Shown: piece after piece, positions 28,823 through 38,210 of the stretch
Numbering within the stretch: the first letter of the stretch is position 1
Layout: each line of letters begins with the position of its first letter
NCBI RefSeq assembly: GCF_013816785.1
Contig: NZ_JACDDV010000003.1
Span: 3,838-67,837 of the forward strand
Length of the DNA: 64,000 nt
Direction: 5' to 3'
From: Sphingomonas sp.
GTDB taxonomy: Bacteria; Pseudomonadota; Alphaproteobacteria; Sphingomonadales; Sphingomonadaceae
Notes under the pieces: generated by a model
Database searches by the model: none
What the model was told of the DNA's origin: nothing
Seen by the model: the letters and a program-made list of their open reading frames with translations, nothing else
Made by a program: the position numbers and the translations under genes

Positions 28823-29800
28823 TTGACTGGGCGATGGCAGCCGTTACGCGAACGGCGGGTGAACGCACCGATCCTCTCTCCGCCAGTTTCCGACCAGGCC
28901 GCCCGCCATGCACGGGCAGGACTGTTCTACGGCCTTGCCGCCTACGGGCTGTGGGGTGTCCTGCCGATTTATTTCAAGCTGTTGAAGGGGGTTCCTTCGG
29001 TCGACATCGTCGCCCACCGAATCGTCTGGTCGATGGTCGCGCTAGCCCTTCTGGTGACCGTCGCCCGTGCCTCGAATCAAGTGAAGGCGGCATTTCGTCA
29101 GCGCCGTACATTGGCGGTACTGGCAGTGACCGCCGTTCTGATCGGCACCAACTGGTTACTCTATGTCTATGCAATCAATTCGGGGCATATCCTCGCCGGC
29201 AGCCTAGGCTATTATCTCAATCCGCTCGCCAACATCCTGCTGGGACGGTTCATCCTCAAAGAGAGGCTGACCCGGCTGCAATGGGCGGCGGTGGCCATTG
29301 CCGCGGCCGGAATCGCGGTGCTGGCGGCCGGCGCACTTGGCACGCTGTGGATCAGCCTGACACTATGCTTCAGCTTCGCCACCTATGGCCTGCTCAGAAA
29401 GATCGTCGCGGTTGAATCGCTTGCCGGCCTGACTATCGAGACGATGATCCTGTTTCCACTGGCGCTCGGCTGGCTGCTGATCGGCGGCGCCGAGGGGCGG
29501 CCATTCCTCGGCAGCGGCGGCGGGTCCGAAACGGCCTTGCTGATGGCCGCCGGGATTGTCTCGACCGTGCCACTGCTGTGCTTCACCGCCGCCGCGCGGC
29601 GTTTGCCCTATTCAACTGTCGGCATCCTTCAATTCCTCGCTCCCACGCTGCAGTTTTTGCTCGCTGTCGCGGTCTATGGCGAAACGTTCACGCGCGCCCA
29701 TGCCATCGCCTTCGGGGCGATCTGGATCGCGCTCATCCTCTATGTTTCGTCGCTGATCGCCACCCGCCGCCGCGCGGCCCTTGCCGAGGGCGCCGGTTAA
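28823..29800 (+). CDS. rarD: EamA/RarD family transporter
   Basis: GLFYGLAAYGLWGVLPIYFKLL and 10 TM segments. Start uncertain: TTG 28823 or GTG 28859. Confidence 0.85.
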   Translation: MTGRWQPLRERRVNAPILSPPVSDQAARHARAGLFYGLAAYGLWGVLPIYFKLLKGVPSVDIVAHRIVWSMVALALLVTVARASNQVKAAFRQRRTLAVLAVTAVLIGTNWLLYVYAINSGHILAGSLGYYLNPLANILLGRFILKERLTRLQWAAVAIAAAGIAVLAAGALGTLWISLTLCFSFATYGLLRKIVAVESLAGLTIETMILFPLALGWLLIGGAEGRPFLGSGGGSETALLMAAGIVSTVPLLCFTAAARRLPYSTVGILQFLAPTLQFLLAVAVYGETFTRAHAIAFGAIWIALILYVSSLIATRRRAALAEGAG

Positions 29801-29815
29801 GGGCATCCTCGCGCC

Positions 29816-30037
29816 ATGCTCAACCTCGTCTCGATCATCATCGGCCTTGTCGCGCTGGTCTGCGCCGCGATCGCCTTCATCCCGCTGCTCGGCTGGGCCA
29901 ATTGGCTGATCATTCCGCTGGCCGTGGTCGGCGCGGGTATCGGCGCGATGGGTGCGGGCAAGGCGGGGCGCAACCTCAACCTGTTCGTCATCGTCGTCGG
30001 CATCATCCGGCTGATGATCGGCGGCGGGATCATTTGA
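29816..30037 (+). CDS. small hydrophobic membrane protein, hypothetical
   Basis: 73 aa, 2-3 TM helices, coupled to the next gene (TTGA overlap at 30034-30037). Confidence 0.5.
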   Translation: MLNLVSIIIGLVALVCAAIAFIPLLGWANWLIIPLAVVGAGIGAMGAGKAGRNLNLFVIVVGIIRLMIGGGII

Positions 30038-30630
30038 GCCGCGATCCGCGCATCGACGCCTACATCGCGAAGGCCCGGCCCTTCGCCCAGGATATTCTAA
30101 CGCACGTCCGCGAGCGCGTTCATGCCGTCGTTCCCGATGTCGAAGAAACGCTCAAATGGAGCATGCCCGCCTATACCAGGGGCGGCGCGATCCTGCTGAT
30201 CGCCGCCGCTTTCAAGGCACATGCAGCCTTGAATTTCTGGCGAGGTCAGGAACTCGCCTCGTCCCACGACACGGTCGGGGCGATGGGGCAGTTCGGCAAG
30301 CTTAAAAGTCTCGCCGACTTGCCGTCCGACGCCAAGCTCGACGCGATGATCTCCGATGCTGCGCGCCTGGCCGCGGGCGCGGCCGTACCACGCAAGCCCA
30401 AGCACGCGCCGAAGCCGCCAGCCGAGCTTCACCCCGATTTCGCCGCCGCGCTCAGCGCCGATCCGAAAGCTAAAGCGACTCTCGACAGCTTTCCGATCTC
30501 AGCGCAGCGCGATTATTTCGGCTGGATCGCGGAAGCGAAGCAGGAGGCGACTCGAGCGAAACGCATCGCGACTGCGGTGGAATGGCTGGCCGAAGGCAAA
30601 CGCCGGCTATGGAAGTATGAAAAATGCTGA
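30034..30630 (+). CDS. DUF1801 / YdeI-type domain protein
   Basis: ...IDAYIAKARPFAQDILTHVRERVHAVVPDVEETLKWSMPAY... followed by the C-terminal YdeI-like ...QRDYFGWIAEAKQEATRAKRI.... TTG start 30034. Confidence 0.7.
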   Translation: MSRDPRIDAYIAKARPFAQDILTHVRERVHAVVPDVEETLKWSMPAYTRGGAILLIAAAFKAHAALNFWRGQELASSHDTVGAMGQFGKLKSLADLPSDAKLDAMISDAARLAAGAAVPRKPKHAPKPPAELHPDFAAALSADPKAKATLDSFPISAQRDYFGWIAEAKQEATRAKRIATAVEWLAEGKRRLWKYEKC

Positions 30631-30673
30631 TGCCGGGGGCATGAGTAGTTTTGATACTCAAAATCGCTGAACC

Positions 30674-32410
30674 TCAGCGCGTCCTGACATATCTTCCCGG
30701 CGCATCCTCAATCGCCTTGAGCTTGCCCGCCCCCGGCACGCGCGCCCCATCGGCCTTGATCGTCTTCGGCGCCTCGGCCCTGAGCCATTCGACCCAGTCC
30801 GGCCACCAACTGCCTTTTTGCTCAGTCGCGCCCGCGACAAACTCGTTGAGGGTCGCGGCCGCGCTCTCATTGGTCCAATATTGATACTTGCCTGCGGCTG
30901 GCGGGTTGACCACCCCGGCGATATGCCCCGACCCCGCCAGCACGAAGCGCTTGGGACCGGTCAATATTCTCATCAGCTTCCACACGCTGGCGCTCGGCGC
31001 GATATGGTCTTCGCGGCCCGCCTGAATATAGGCCGGCGTGTCGATCTTGGTCAGATCGATCGGCACCCCGGCAATTTCGATCGCCCCCGGCTTAACCAGC
31101 AGATTGTCGCGATACAGCCGCTGCAGATAATCGCGGTGCCATTCGCCCGGCAGGTTGGTGACGTCGCCGTTCCAGTGCAGCAGATCAAACGGCGGCGGGT
31201 CGTTGCCCATCAGATAGTTATTGACGACATAATTCCAGATCAGGTCGCGGCCGCGTAGCAAATTAAACGTCGCCGCCATCACCCGCCCGTCGAGCACGCC
31301 CTTTTCGGCGGTCAGCTTGGTTAGCATCGCCATCGTCTCGTCGCCGAGGAACAATTTTAGGTCGCCAGCTTCCTCGAAATCGACTTGGGCGGTGAAGAAG
31401 GTCACGCTCGCAACTCTGTCCGCTTCGCCTTTCGCCGCCAGCCACGCCAGCGCGGCCGCTAGCGTCGTCCCCGCGACGCAATAGCCGATGGTGTGGACCG
31501 ATTTCACGCCGAGCAGGTCGCGGATCACCTCGACCGCCTCGACCTGCGCCGCGACATAATCGTCCATTGTCACATCGCGGATCGTCTCGTCGGCCGATTT
31601 CCAGCTGACCATGAACAGGCTGACCCCCTGGTCGACGGTCCATTTGACGAAGCTTTTTTCGGGCGTGAGATCGAGGATGTAGAAGCGGTTGATCCACGGC
31701 GGGAAGATGACGAGCGGCGTCTCGAGCACCGTTTCGGTGGTCGGGGCATAGTGGATCAATTGAAACAGCCGCGTTTCGTGAATCACCTTGCCAGGTGTCG
31801 TCGCCAGATTGCGCCCCAGCTCGAACGCGCCCTCGGGGCTTTGCGTCACCTGCCCGCGCGAAATGTCGCCAAGCATGTTCTTGAGGCCGGCGAGCAAATT
31901 CTCGCCTTTGGTCTCGACCGTCCGCTTCATCACTTCGGGGTTGGTCGCCATGAAATTGGCCGGGCTCATCGCATCGACGAATCCCTTGGTGGCGAAGCGC
32001 AGGCGGCTCCGCGCGGCCTCGTCGAGCCCCTCGATCTCTTCGACCGTGCCGAGAAGTTTGTCCGAAATCGCCAGATAGCCCTGCCGCACCATGTCGAAGA
32101 CCGGATTCTCTTTCCACTCGGGGCTGTTGAAGCGGCGGTCCCTCGCCTCGCCCGCTTGGGTCGCCTGCCCGATCATCTGGCCCCACGCCTCGAGCCCCTT
32201 CGACCAGGCCTCGGCTCCGGCGCTCATCCATTGCATCGGGTCTGTCGCGCTGGCCGGCGTCTGAGCGAGTCCAAGGCCCGGCATATGGCTCGCCTTGCCG
32301 AGATTGTCCGCCCAGGCGGCCATGATCATCTCATTAGCCCGCGCCATCACCAGCGCCCAATGCTGCCAGTCCTCTATCCCCGGAACGGTGGTCGTCGTGT
32401 CGTCGGTCAT
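30674..32410 (-). CDS. phaC: class I poly(R)-hydroxyalkanoate synthase
   Basis: Lipase box GYCVAGT and full-length PhaC homology. ATG 32410 (MTDDTTT) is preferred because the track start 32431 lies inside the palindromic repeat. Confidence 0.95.
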   Translation of the reverse strand: MTDDTTTTVPGIEDWQHWALVMARANEMIMAAWADNLGKASHMPGLGLAQTPASATDPMQWMSAGAEAWSKGLEAWGQMIGQATQAGEARDRRFNSPEWKENPVFDMVRQGYLAISDKLLGTVEEIEGLDEAARSRLRFATKGFVDAMSPANFMATNPEVMKRTVETKGENLLAGLKNMLGDISRGQVTQSPEGAFELGRNLATTPGKVIHETRLFQLIHYAPTTETVLETPLVIFPPWINRFYILDLTPEKSFVKWTVDQGVSLFMVSWKSADETIRDVTMDDYVAAQVEAVEVIRDLLGVKSVHTIGYCVAGTTLAAALAWLAAKGEADRVASVTFFTAQVDFEEAGDLKLFLGDETMAMLTKLTAEKGVLDGRVMAATFNLLRGRDLIWNYVVNNYLMGNDPPPFDLLHWNGDVTNLPGEWHRDYLQRLYRDNLLVKPGAIEIAGVPIDLTKIDTPAYIQAGREDHIAPSASVWKLMRILTGPKRFVLAGSGHIAGVVNPPAAGKYQYWTNESAAATLNEFVAGATEQKGSWWPDWVEWLRAEAPKTIKADGARVPGAGKLKAIEDAPGRYVRTR

Positions 32411-32424
32411 GGACCGCCCTATAC

Positions 32425-32505
32425 TCGTCATTGCGAGCGGAGCGAAGTAATCCAGTTTCTTGTTCGCGCTGGATTGCTTCGTCGCTTCGCTCCTCGCAAT
32501 GACGA
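32425..32505. repeat. palindromic REP/MITE-like element (CATTGCGAG...CTCGCAATG family)
   Basis: Imperfect inverted repeat: TCGTCATTGCGAGCGGAGCGAAGTAATCCAG (32425-32455) and CTGGATTGCTTCGTCGCTTCGCTCCTCGCAATGACGA (32469-32505). Its spurious translations give the familiar RHCEERSDEAIQ / LDCFVASLLAMT peptides. Confidence 0.75.
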
Positions 32506-32511
32506 ATCACC

Positions 32512-33132
32512 ATGACCCCGCCCGCGATCATCCCCGACGCCCTCGTCCTACTCGATTATATTGGCATCGCGGTGTTCGCGGTGTCCGGCGCGCTGCTCGC
32601 CGCCGAGAAGAAGCAAACCTTGGTCACCTTCATTTTCTTCGCCGTCGTCACCGGTATCGGTGGAGGTACGATGCGCGACTTGCTGATCGGCGCGCCGGTG
32701 TTCTGGGTCCACACCAACGCCACGCTGCTGATCTGCATCGGCGCGGCGCTTGGCGTTTGGACCTTGAGCCGCAAGGCAATCGCTGACCGCGCGCTGCTGT
32801 GGTTCGACGCGATCGGCCTTGCTGCTTACGCGACTTACGGCGCGTCGAAAGCGCTGACCTTCGGCGTCGCCCCGGTCCCAGCCTTTGCCATGGGCGTGAT
32901 GACCGCCTGCGTCGGCGGCATCATCCGCGACGTGCTGGCTAACGAGCCGTCGATCCTGATGCGACCCGAACTCTACGTCACCGCAGCCGCGCTGGCTTCG
33001 GGCCTGTTCGTCGGGCTGAGCCTGGCCGGCGCTCCGCCGACCCTCGCCGCGCTGGTCGCCGGTCTGGCAGGTTTTTCGCTAAGAGGCGCGGCGATTGCGC
33101 GCGGTTTGAGTCTGCCTGCCTACAATCGATAG
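32512..33132 (+). CDS. trimeric intracellular cation channel (UPF0126/YadS) family protein
   Basis: Two UPF0126 repeats with AVSGALLAAEKK and GIGGGTMRDLL / CVGGIIRDVL motifs. Confidence 0.85.
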   Translation: MTPPAIIPDALVLLDYIGIAVFAVSGALLAAEKKQTLVTFIFFAVVTGIGGGTMRDLLIGAPVFWVHTNATLLICIGAALGVWTLSRKAIADRALLWFDAIGLAAYATYGASKALTFGVAPVPAFAMGVMTACVGGIIRDVLANEPSILMRPELYVTAAALASGLFVGLSLAGAPPTLAALVAGLAGFSLRGAAIARGLSLPAYNR

Positions 33133-33311
33133 TCGCGCCAAGTTTTGGTATCACCCGAGCGAAGTGGGGCGTCTCCTGAATAATCGTTATCGACATACCG
33201 AGGCTTTGCTGCGTTCGTCTCGGCTCGCCAGTTAACGTCAAACGCTTGTGATTCGACCAGTCCTGCTGCACTCCAGCAAGTGCGCGCCCTTCGGCACGCG
33301 CGGGGACGGAC

Positions 33312-33893
33312 ATGAAGAAGCTCTGGTCGGCAATCGTCATCGGCAGCGTGCTCGCATTGGCCGCCTGCTCCACCGCGCCACCGCCCCCGCCGCGGCCGCA
33401 AATCGCGCAGCCGACCTTCACGCCTCCGCCCACCGAATACCGCTGGACCCAGGGCAATGCTGCCAAAGGCTTCGAGGCGATGGCTGGCGCGTTCGGGCGC
33501 ATGACCCTACGACCAGCCGAATTTCTGTGGGCGCCGGTCATTCCTGCCGAGGGTGAAACGCGCCTGGTGGTCGACATCGCCAACCAGATTGCCTTCGTCT
33601 ATCGCGCCGACCAGTTGATCGGCGTGACCAATGTGTCGAGCGGCAAGAAGGGTCACCCGACTCCGCTGGGCTTCTGGTCGGTCCAGTTCAAGCGGCCGAT
33701 GTACCGTTCCAAGAAATACGACAATGCGGCGATGCCGTTCATGCAGAGCATCGACGACCATGGCATCGCTTTCCACGCCGGCGTCACACCCGGCTTTCCG
33801 GCCAGCCACGGCTGCATCCGCATGCCGCCGAAATTCGCCCAGCGGCTCTACGGCCTGACCAAGGTCGGCGACAAGGTGATCATCGAGGGCTGA
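33312..33893 (+). CDS. L,D-transpeptidase (YkuD) family lipoprotein
   Basis: Lipobox LALAACS and the catalytic HGCIRM motif. Confidence 0.9.
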   Translation: MKKLWSAIVIGSVLALAACSTAPPPPPRPQIAQPTFTPPPTEYRWTQGNAAKGFEAMAGAFGRMTLRPAEFLWAPVIPAEGETRLVVDIANQIAFVYRADQLIGVTNVSSGKKGHPTPLGFWSVQFKRPMYRSKKYDNAAMPFMQSIDDHGIAFHAGVTPGFPASHGCIRMPPKFAQRLYGLTKVGDKVIIEG

Positions 33894-33933
33894 TTCCTCG
33901 CCAAGCTAGCCGAGTTGCGGCATATCAGCGCTC

Positions 33934-34420
33934 ATGAGCCCCATTCTGCCCCCGCCGTCGCCCGAGTTGACCCACCTCGCCCAGATCATCGGCCAGGCGG
34001 TCGCGCCGGTGTTCCTGCTCGCCGGGGTCGGCTCGTTCCTTAACGTCTGCGTCGGTCGCCTCTCACGGATCGTCGATCGCGCGCGTACACTCGAGCCGGA
34101 ATTGCTCGGCAGTCGCGGGCGCGAGCATGACCGGTTGGTCCGAGATGCGACTGCTCGACCGCCGCATGGCACTGGTCAGTCGCGCGATCTCGTTATCGGT
34201 GTTTTCGGCGGTGCTTATTTCGGCGGTGGTCGTACTGCTGTTCACCGCCTTCCTCACCGGTTGGAAAATCGGCACGGCGGTTGCGCTGCTGTTCATCGGC
34301 GCGATGGTCGCGATCGGGGTCGGCTTCGCGATCTTCCTGATCGAAACCCGCCTCGGCAGCCGCGCGGTCCGCGTCCGCGCCGACGTCCTGATGCATGAAG
34401 CAGAGGAAGCAGAGGGCTAA
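33934..34420 (+). pseudogene. DUF2721 family membrane protein, disrupted by a 1-nt frameshift near 34141
   Basis: The N-terminal half (33934 frame, ...APVFLLAGVGSFLNVCVGRLSRIVDRARTLE...EHDRLV) and the C-terminal half (34127 frame, EMRLLDRRMALVSRAISLSVFSAVL...) join into one canonical DUF2721 protein if one C at ~34140/34141 is removed. Confidence 0.7.
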
Positions 34421-35037
34421 AGGTCGGCAGCCGTCCAGCGGGTCAGCTGACGGGTGGCGGCGCGCAAGGCGGCGGTCGATTGATCGGCCTTGCCGATCGT
34501 CAGGGCGCCGGTGAACAGCGCGATGACCACATTTGCAAAGCCGGCGGCGTCGCCGCCCGCATAGTCGGCCTGCCCGACGGATCGATCCTGCTCCACTTTC
34601 GCTGTTATCGCCTGGCGCCAATCGTCATAACGATCGGCCAGGGAGGTTCGAATCTCGTCGTCTCTTAGCGCCAACTCGGCGGCGAGATTGCCGAGCGGGC
34701 AACCGCCAACCGACCCCTGCTCCTCAAGCGCCGCCACCACCGAATCGAACACCGCGACAATACCCTGTGCTGCGGTCGGCGCGGCCGTCACCCGCTCAAT
34801 CCACGTCGCCGCCACTTCGGCCGCCACACGCTCGTCGATCACCGCCAGTGCCAGACTCTTCTTACTTGGAAAATGGTGGTGAAGCGCGCCGCCGCTAACT
34901 CCGGTCGCACGGATCAGGTGGTGAACGCTGGTCGCGCCGTAGCCGCTCGATTGAAACGCTTGCGCCGCCGCGTCGAGCACGCGGTTGCGAAGCCCGACGG
35001 GATCGTTGGTGCGACGGCGGCTGCGGGATTTTATCAT
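34417..35037 (-). CDS. TetR/AcrR family transcriptional regulator
   Basis: HTH ...FQSSGYGATSVHHLIRATGVSGGALHHHFPSKK.... ATG 35037. Confidence 0.85.
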   Translation of the reverse strand: MIKSRSRRRTNDPVGLRNRVLDAAAQAFQSSGYGATSVHHLIRATGVSGGALHHHFPSKKSLALAVIDERVAAEVAATWIERVTAAPTAAQGIVAVFDSVVAALEEQGSVGGCPLGNLAAELALRDDEIRTSLADRYDDWRQAITAKVEQDRSVGQADYAGGDAAGFANVVIALFTGALTIGKADQSTAALRAATRQLTRWTAADL

Positions 35038-35222
35038 CCGCGTGCCATAGGCGCATTGATAAAACCGGACAATCGGTCCGTTCGTTTTTCGAAGGGGCGC
35101 GCGTCTCATGGCGATGTCTCGATCGCCGGCACTGAATTTGATCCCGGATCGCTCGACAAGGGCAGGCCCGCGGCCTATCGCCACGCCCGACAATTCAACT
35201 GTCTCGGGAAACTCCTCTCACC

Positions 35223-36200
35223 ATGGTCACAGCCTCTTCGGTCCTCGATCGCGTGCTCGTCCTCGAAATGGTCCGCGTAACCGAGGCGGCGGCGATCGCC
35301 GCTTCCTCGCTGATCGGGCGCGGCGACGAAAAGGCCGCCGACGCCGCGGCGGTCGAGGCGATGCGCGCCGCCCTCAACGAACTGCCGATGGACGGCACCG
35401 TGGTCATCGGCGAGGGCGAGCGCGACGAGGCGCCGATGCTGTTCATCGGCGAAAAGGTCGGTTCTGCGCAGGGCAGCGGCCCCGGCATCGACATTGCGCT
35501 CGACCCACTCGAGGGCACGACCATCACCGCCAAGGCCGGCCCGAACGCGCTGGCGGTGCTGGCCATCGCCGAACAGGGCGGGCTGCTGAATGCCCCCGAC
35601 GTCTATATGGACAAGATCGCCATCGGGCCGGGCTATCCGCAAGGCACGATCGATCTTTCAAAGTCACCGACCGACAATGTCCGCAGCCTGGCCGCCGCGA
35701 AAAATGTCCTGCCGCATGAGATCATTGCCTGCGTTCTCGACCGTCCGCGCCATGCCAGCCTTATCGCGGAACTGCGCGCGCTCGGCTGCGGCATCATGCT
35801 GATCCCCGACGGCGATGTCGCCGGGGTCATCGCGACCACCGATCCCGACACCACGGTCGACATATATATGGGCAGCGGGGGCGCCCCCGAAGGCGTGCTG
35901 GCGGCGGCCGCGCTGCGCTGCGTCGGCGGGCAGATCCAGGGCCGCCTGCTGTTCCGCAACGACGACGAGCGGGCCCGCGCGCGGCGCTGGGGGATCGAGG
36001 ATCTCGACCGGATTTATGCGCTCGAGGACATGGCGCGCGGAGACTGCATCTTTGCCGCCACAGGGGTCACCGATGGGTCGCTGTTGAAAGGCGTCAAGCG
36101 GCGACGCGGCGGCTGCATCGAAACCGAAAGCATCGTCATGCGCGCCAGTTCGGGCACCGTCCGCCGCGTCAGCGCCGAACATCGCAAGGGTCTCGCCTGA
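35223..36200 (+). CDS. glpX: class II fructose-1,6-bisphosphatase
   Basis: ...EMVRVTEAAAIAASSLIGRGDEKAADAAAVEAMR...VVIGEGERDEAPML... is full-length GlpX. Confidence 0.95.
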   Translation: MVTASSVLDRVLVLEMVRVTEAAAIAASSLIGRGDEKAADAAAVEAMRAALNELPMDGTVVIGEGERDEAPMLFIGEKVGSAQGSGPGIDIALDPLEGTTITAKAGPNALAVLAIAEQGGLLNAPDVYMDKIAIGPGYPQGTIDLSKSPTDNVRSLAAAKNVLPHEIIACVLDRPRHASLIAELRALGCGIMLIPDGDVAGVIATTDPDTTVDIYMGSGGAPEGVLAAAALRCVGGQIQGRLLFRNDDERARARRWGIEDLDRIYALEDMARGDCIFAATGVTDGSLLKGVKRRRGGCIETESIVMRASSGTVRRVSAEHRKGLA

Positions 36201-36240
36201 CGGCTCTTGTAGGTGGGCGCCTGCCCTGTAGGTTAACGAC

Positions 36241-36726
36241 ATGACCGCCGAAGTCCTCACTGCCAACCTCCAGCCGGTCGAACCTGCCTACCGAAATGCG
36301 CTGCGCCTTCGCGCCGCAATCTTCTGGGGGCCGGTGTTGGTCGGCGCGCTGGTACTCGACCGGTTGGTGCTGGCCGACACGGCGGTCGGCGGTCTCGTCC
36401 CCGCGCTGGTCGCGTTGCTCGGTCTCGGCGGGGTCGTCGTCGGTCCCAATCGAGTTTACCGTCGCCTCGGTTACGCCATCGACGGTCGCCTGCTGCGGAT
36501 CGCCCGTGGCTGGCTGTTCCACACCGATACCATCGTCCCGTTCGTCCGGGTCCAGCATATCGACGTGACCGAGGGGCCGGTCGACAAGCTTTTCGGCATC
36601 GCCACGCTGGTCGTCCACACCGCCGGCACCCACAACAGCATCGTTACCCTTCCCGGCCTGTCGCCGACCCGCGCCGCCGACATCCGCGAGGCGATCCGGT
36701 CCGAGATTCGCGCCGATTCCGAATGA
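36241..36726 (+). CDS. bacterial PH (bPH_2) domain membrane protein, YdbS-like
   Basis: Two TM helices followed by ...RGWLFHTDTIVPFVRVQHIDVTEGPVDKLFGIATLVVHTAG.... Confidence 0.75.
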   Translation: MTAEVLTANLQPVEPAYRNALRLRAAIFWGPVLVGALVLDRLVLADTAVGGLVPALVALLGLGGVVVGPNRVYRRLGYAIDGRLLRIARGWLFHTDTIVPFVRVQHIDVTEGPVDKLFGIATLVVHTAGTHNSIVTLPGLSPTRAADIREAIRSEIRADSE

Positions 36727-38210
36727 CCGAGGCCGCCGCCCTCACCACCGACGATCCCACACTCGGCCCGCCCGAACGGCTGCACCCGCTGTACCTCGTG
36801 ACCGGTCTCGGCAAGTCGGTGCGCGGCGCCTGGGGGTTGGTCGCGGGCGGCGCGGTACTTGCGACGCAGGGGCGCTGGTGGCTGATCGCGGCGCTGGCGG
36901 TCGGAATGGTCGTTGTGTCCTTGGGCAGGCTGCTGCTCAAATGGCTCAAGCTTGAATATCGCGTCGGCGCGCATGAGTTGCGCATCGACAGCGGCTTTCT
37001 GAACCGCACCAGTCGCGCCATCCCGTTCGACCGGATTACCGACATCGACCTCGAGCAGGGCCCCATCCACCGCCTGTTCGGCCTCGCTCGGGTGCGCCTG
37101 GAAACGGGGGCGTCGGCGGGAGCGAAGACCGAGGACGGCGTGCTCGATACCATCTCGCTCGAGCGGGCCGAGGCGCTGCGCGACCATATCCGCGCCCGCC
37201 ACGGCCGGCCGGCGCCGGCGCTTGCCGAAGCAGAGGAAGAACCCGCTGCGCTGTTCGCGATGAACATCCGCCGGGTGCTAACCGCCGGGTTTTTCAACTT
37301 CTCGCTCGCGGTGCTAGCCGGGTTGTTCGGTCTCAGCCAGACGGTCGGCAATGTGATCGGCTTCGACCCGTTCAGCCGCTCCTTTTGGCGCGCATCGTTC
37401 GACCGGATCGAGCCGTTGCAGGGGTTGCTCCTCGCTCATCAATTCGTCGCTGTAATCGGCGGCTCGCTCCTCCTCGTCGCGGTCGGCATCGGCACCGGTA
37501 TCGTCCGCACCGCGCTGCGCGAGCATGGCTTCCGCCTCGACCGCAGCGACACCGGGTTGCGCCGCCGCCGCGGCCTCCTCACCCTCACCGACGTCTCGAT
37601 CCCCGCAAAGCGCGTCCAGGCCGCAATCCTCGTCACCGGCCCGATCCGCCGCGCGTTCGACTGGGGCCAGCTTAAGCTTCAAAGCCTCGCCCAGGACGGG
37701 GCCAAGGGCGACCATGTCGTCGCTCCGCTGGCGCATCCGGCCGAGACATCGGCGATCCTTGCCTCGCTTGGGTGGCGCGCGACGCCCAAAATGGACGGCT
37801 GGCGGCCGGTGTCCGAAGCTTATGTGACGAGTTTCGCGGTGTTGATGGCGCCAGCCCTTGTCGTCATGCTGGGCGCCACCGCCGCCTTCGGCCCGATCGC
37901 CTTGTTGTCGATCGCTGTCCTCCCCTTAGCCATCGCGGTGCGCTGGTTCGAATGGCGTCACACCCGCTTTGCCCTGTCTGACGGCTCGCTGTTCATTGAT
38001 ACCGGCTGGTGGCGGCAGCGCCGCGCGATCGTTCCGACCCCCAAGATTCAGAGCATCGACCTGACCGAGGATTTCTGGAGCAGGAAGTTCGGCATCTGCG
38101 TGCTCCGCTTGGGCGTCGCGGGGGGCAGCGGCTTTTCGGCACACCACATCCCCGCGCTTATTCGCTCAGAAGCCGAAGCGCTCCGCGCCAAGTTGGTCAA
38201 CCTGCCGTGA
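36723..38210 (+). CDS. triple bPH-domain membrane protein, YdbT-like
   Basis: 495 aa with three repeats of the ...IPFDRITDIDLEQGPIHRLFGLARVRLET... type separated by TM pairs. ATGA overlap with the upstream gene. Confidence 0.75.
   Translation: MTEAAALTTDDPTLGPPERLHPLYLVTGLGKSVRGAWGLVAGGAVLATQGRWWLIAALAVGMVVVSLGRLLLKWLKLEYRVGAHELRIDSGFLNRTSRAIPFDRITDIDLEQGPIHRLFGLARVRLETGASAGAKTEDGVLDTISLERAEALRDHIRARHGRPAPALAEAEEEPAALFAMNIRRVLTAGFFNFSLAVLAGLFGLSQTVGNVIGFDPFSRSFWRASFDRIEPLQGLLLAHQFVAVIGGSLLLVAVGIGTGIVRTALREHGFRLDRSDTGLRRRRGLLTLTDVSIPAKRVQAAILVTGPIRRAFDWGQLKLQSLAQDGAKGDHVVAPLAHPAETSAILASLGWRATPKMDGWRPVSEAYVTSFAVLMAPALVVMLGATAAFGPIALLSIAVLPLAIAVRWFEWRHTRFALSDGSLFIDTGWWRQRRAIVPTPKIQSIDLTEDFWSRKFGICVLRLGVAGGSGFSAHHIPALIRSEAEALRAKLVNLP

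Noticed and set aside
32334-32531. 65-aa ORF (…VIRHCEERSDEAIQ…)
   Set aside because: It is a translation of the palindromic REP/MITE-like element and the phaC 5' end, a known source of false hypothetical proteins.
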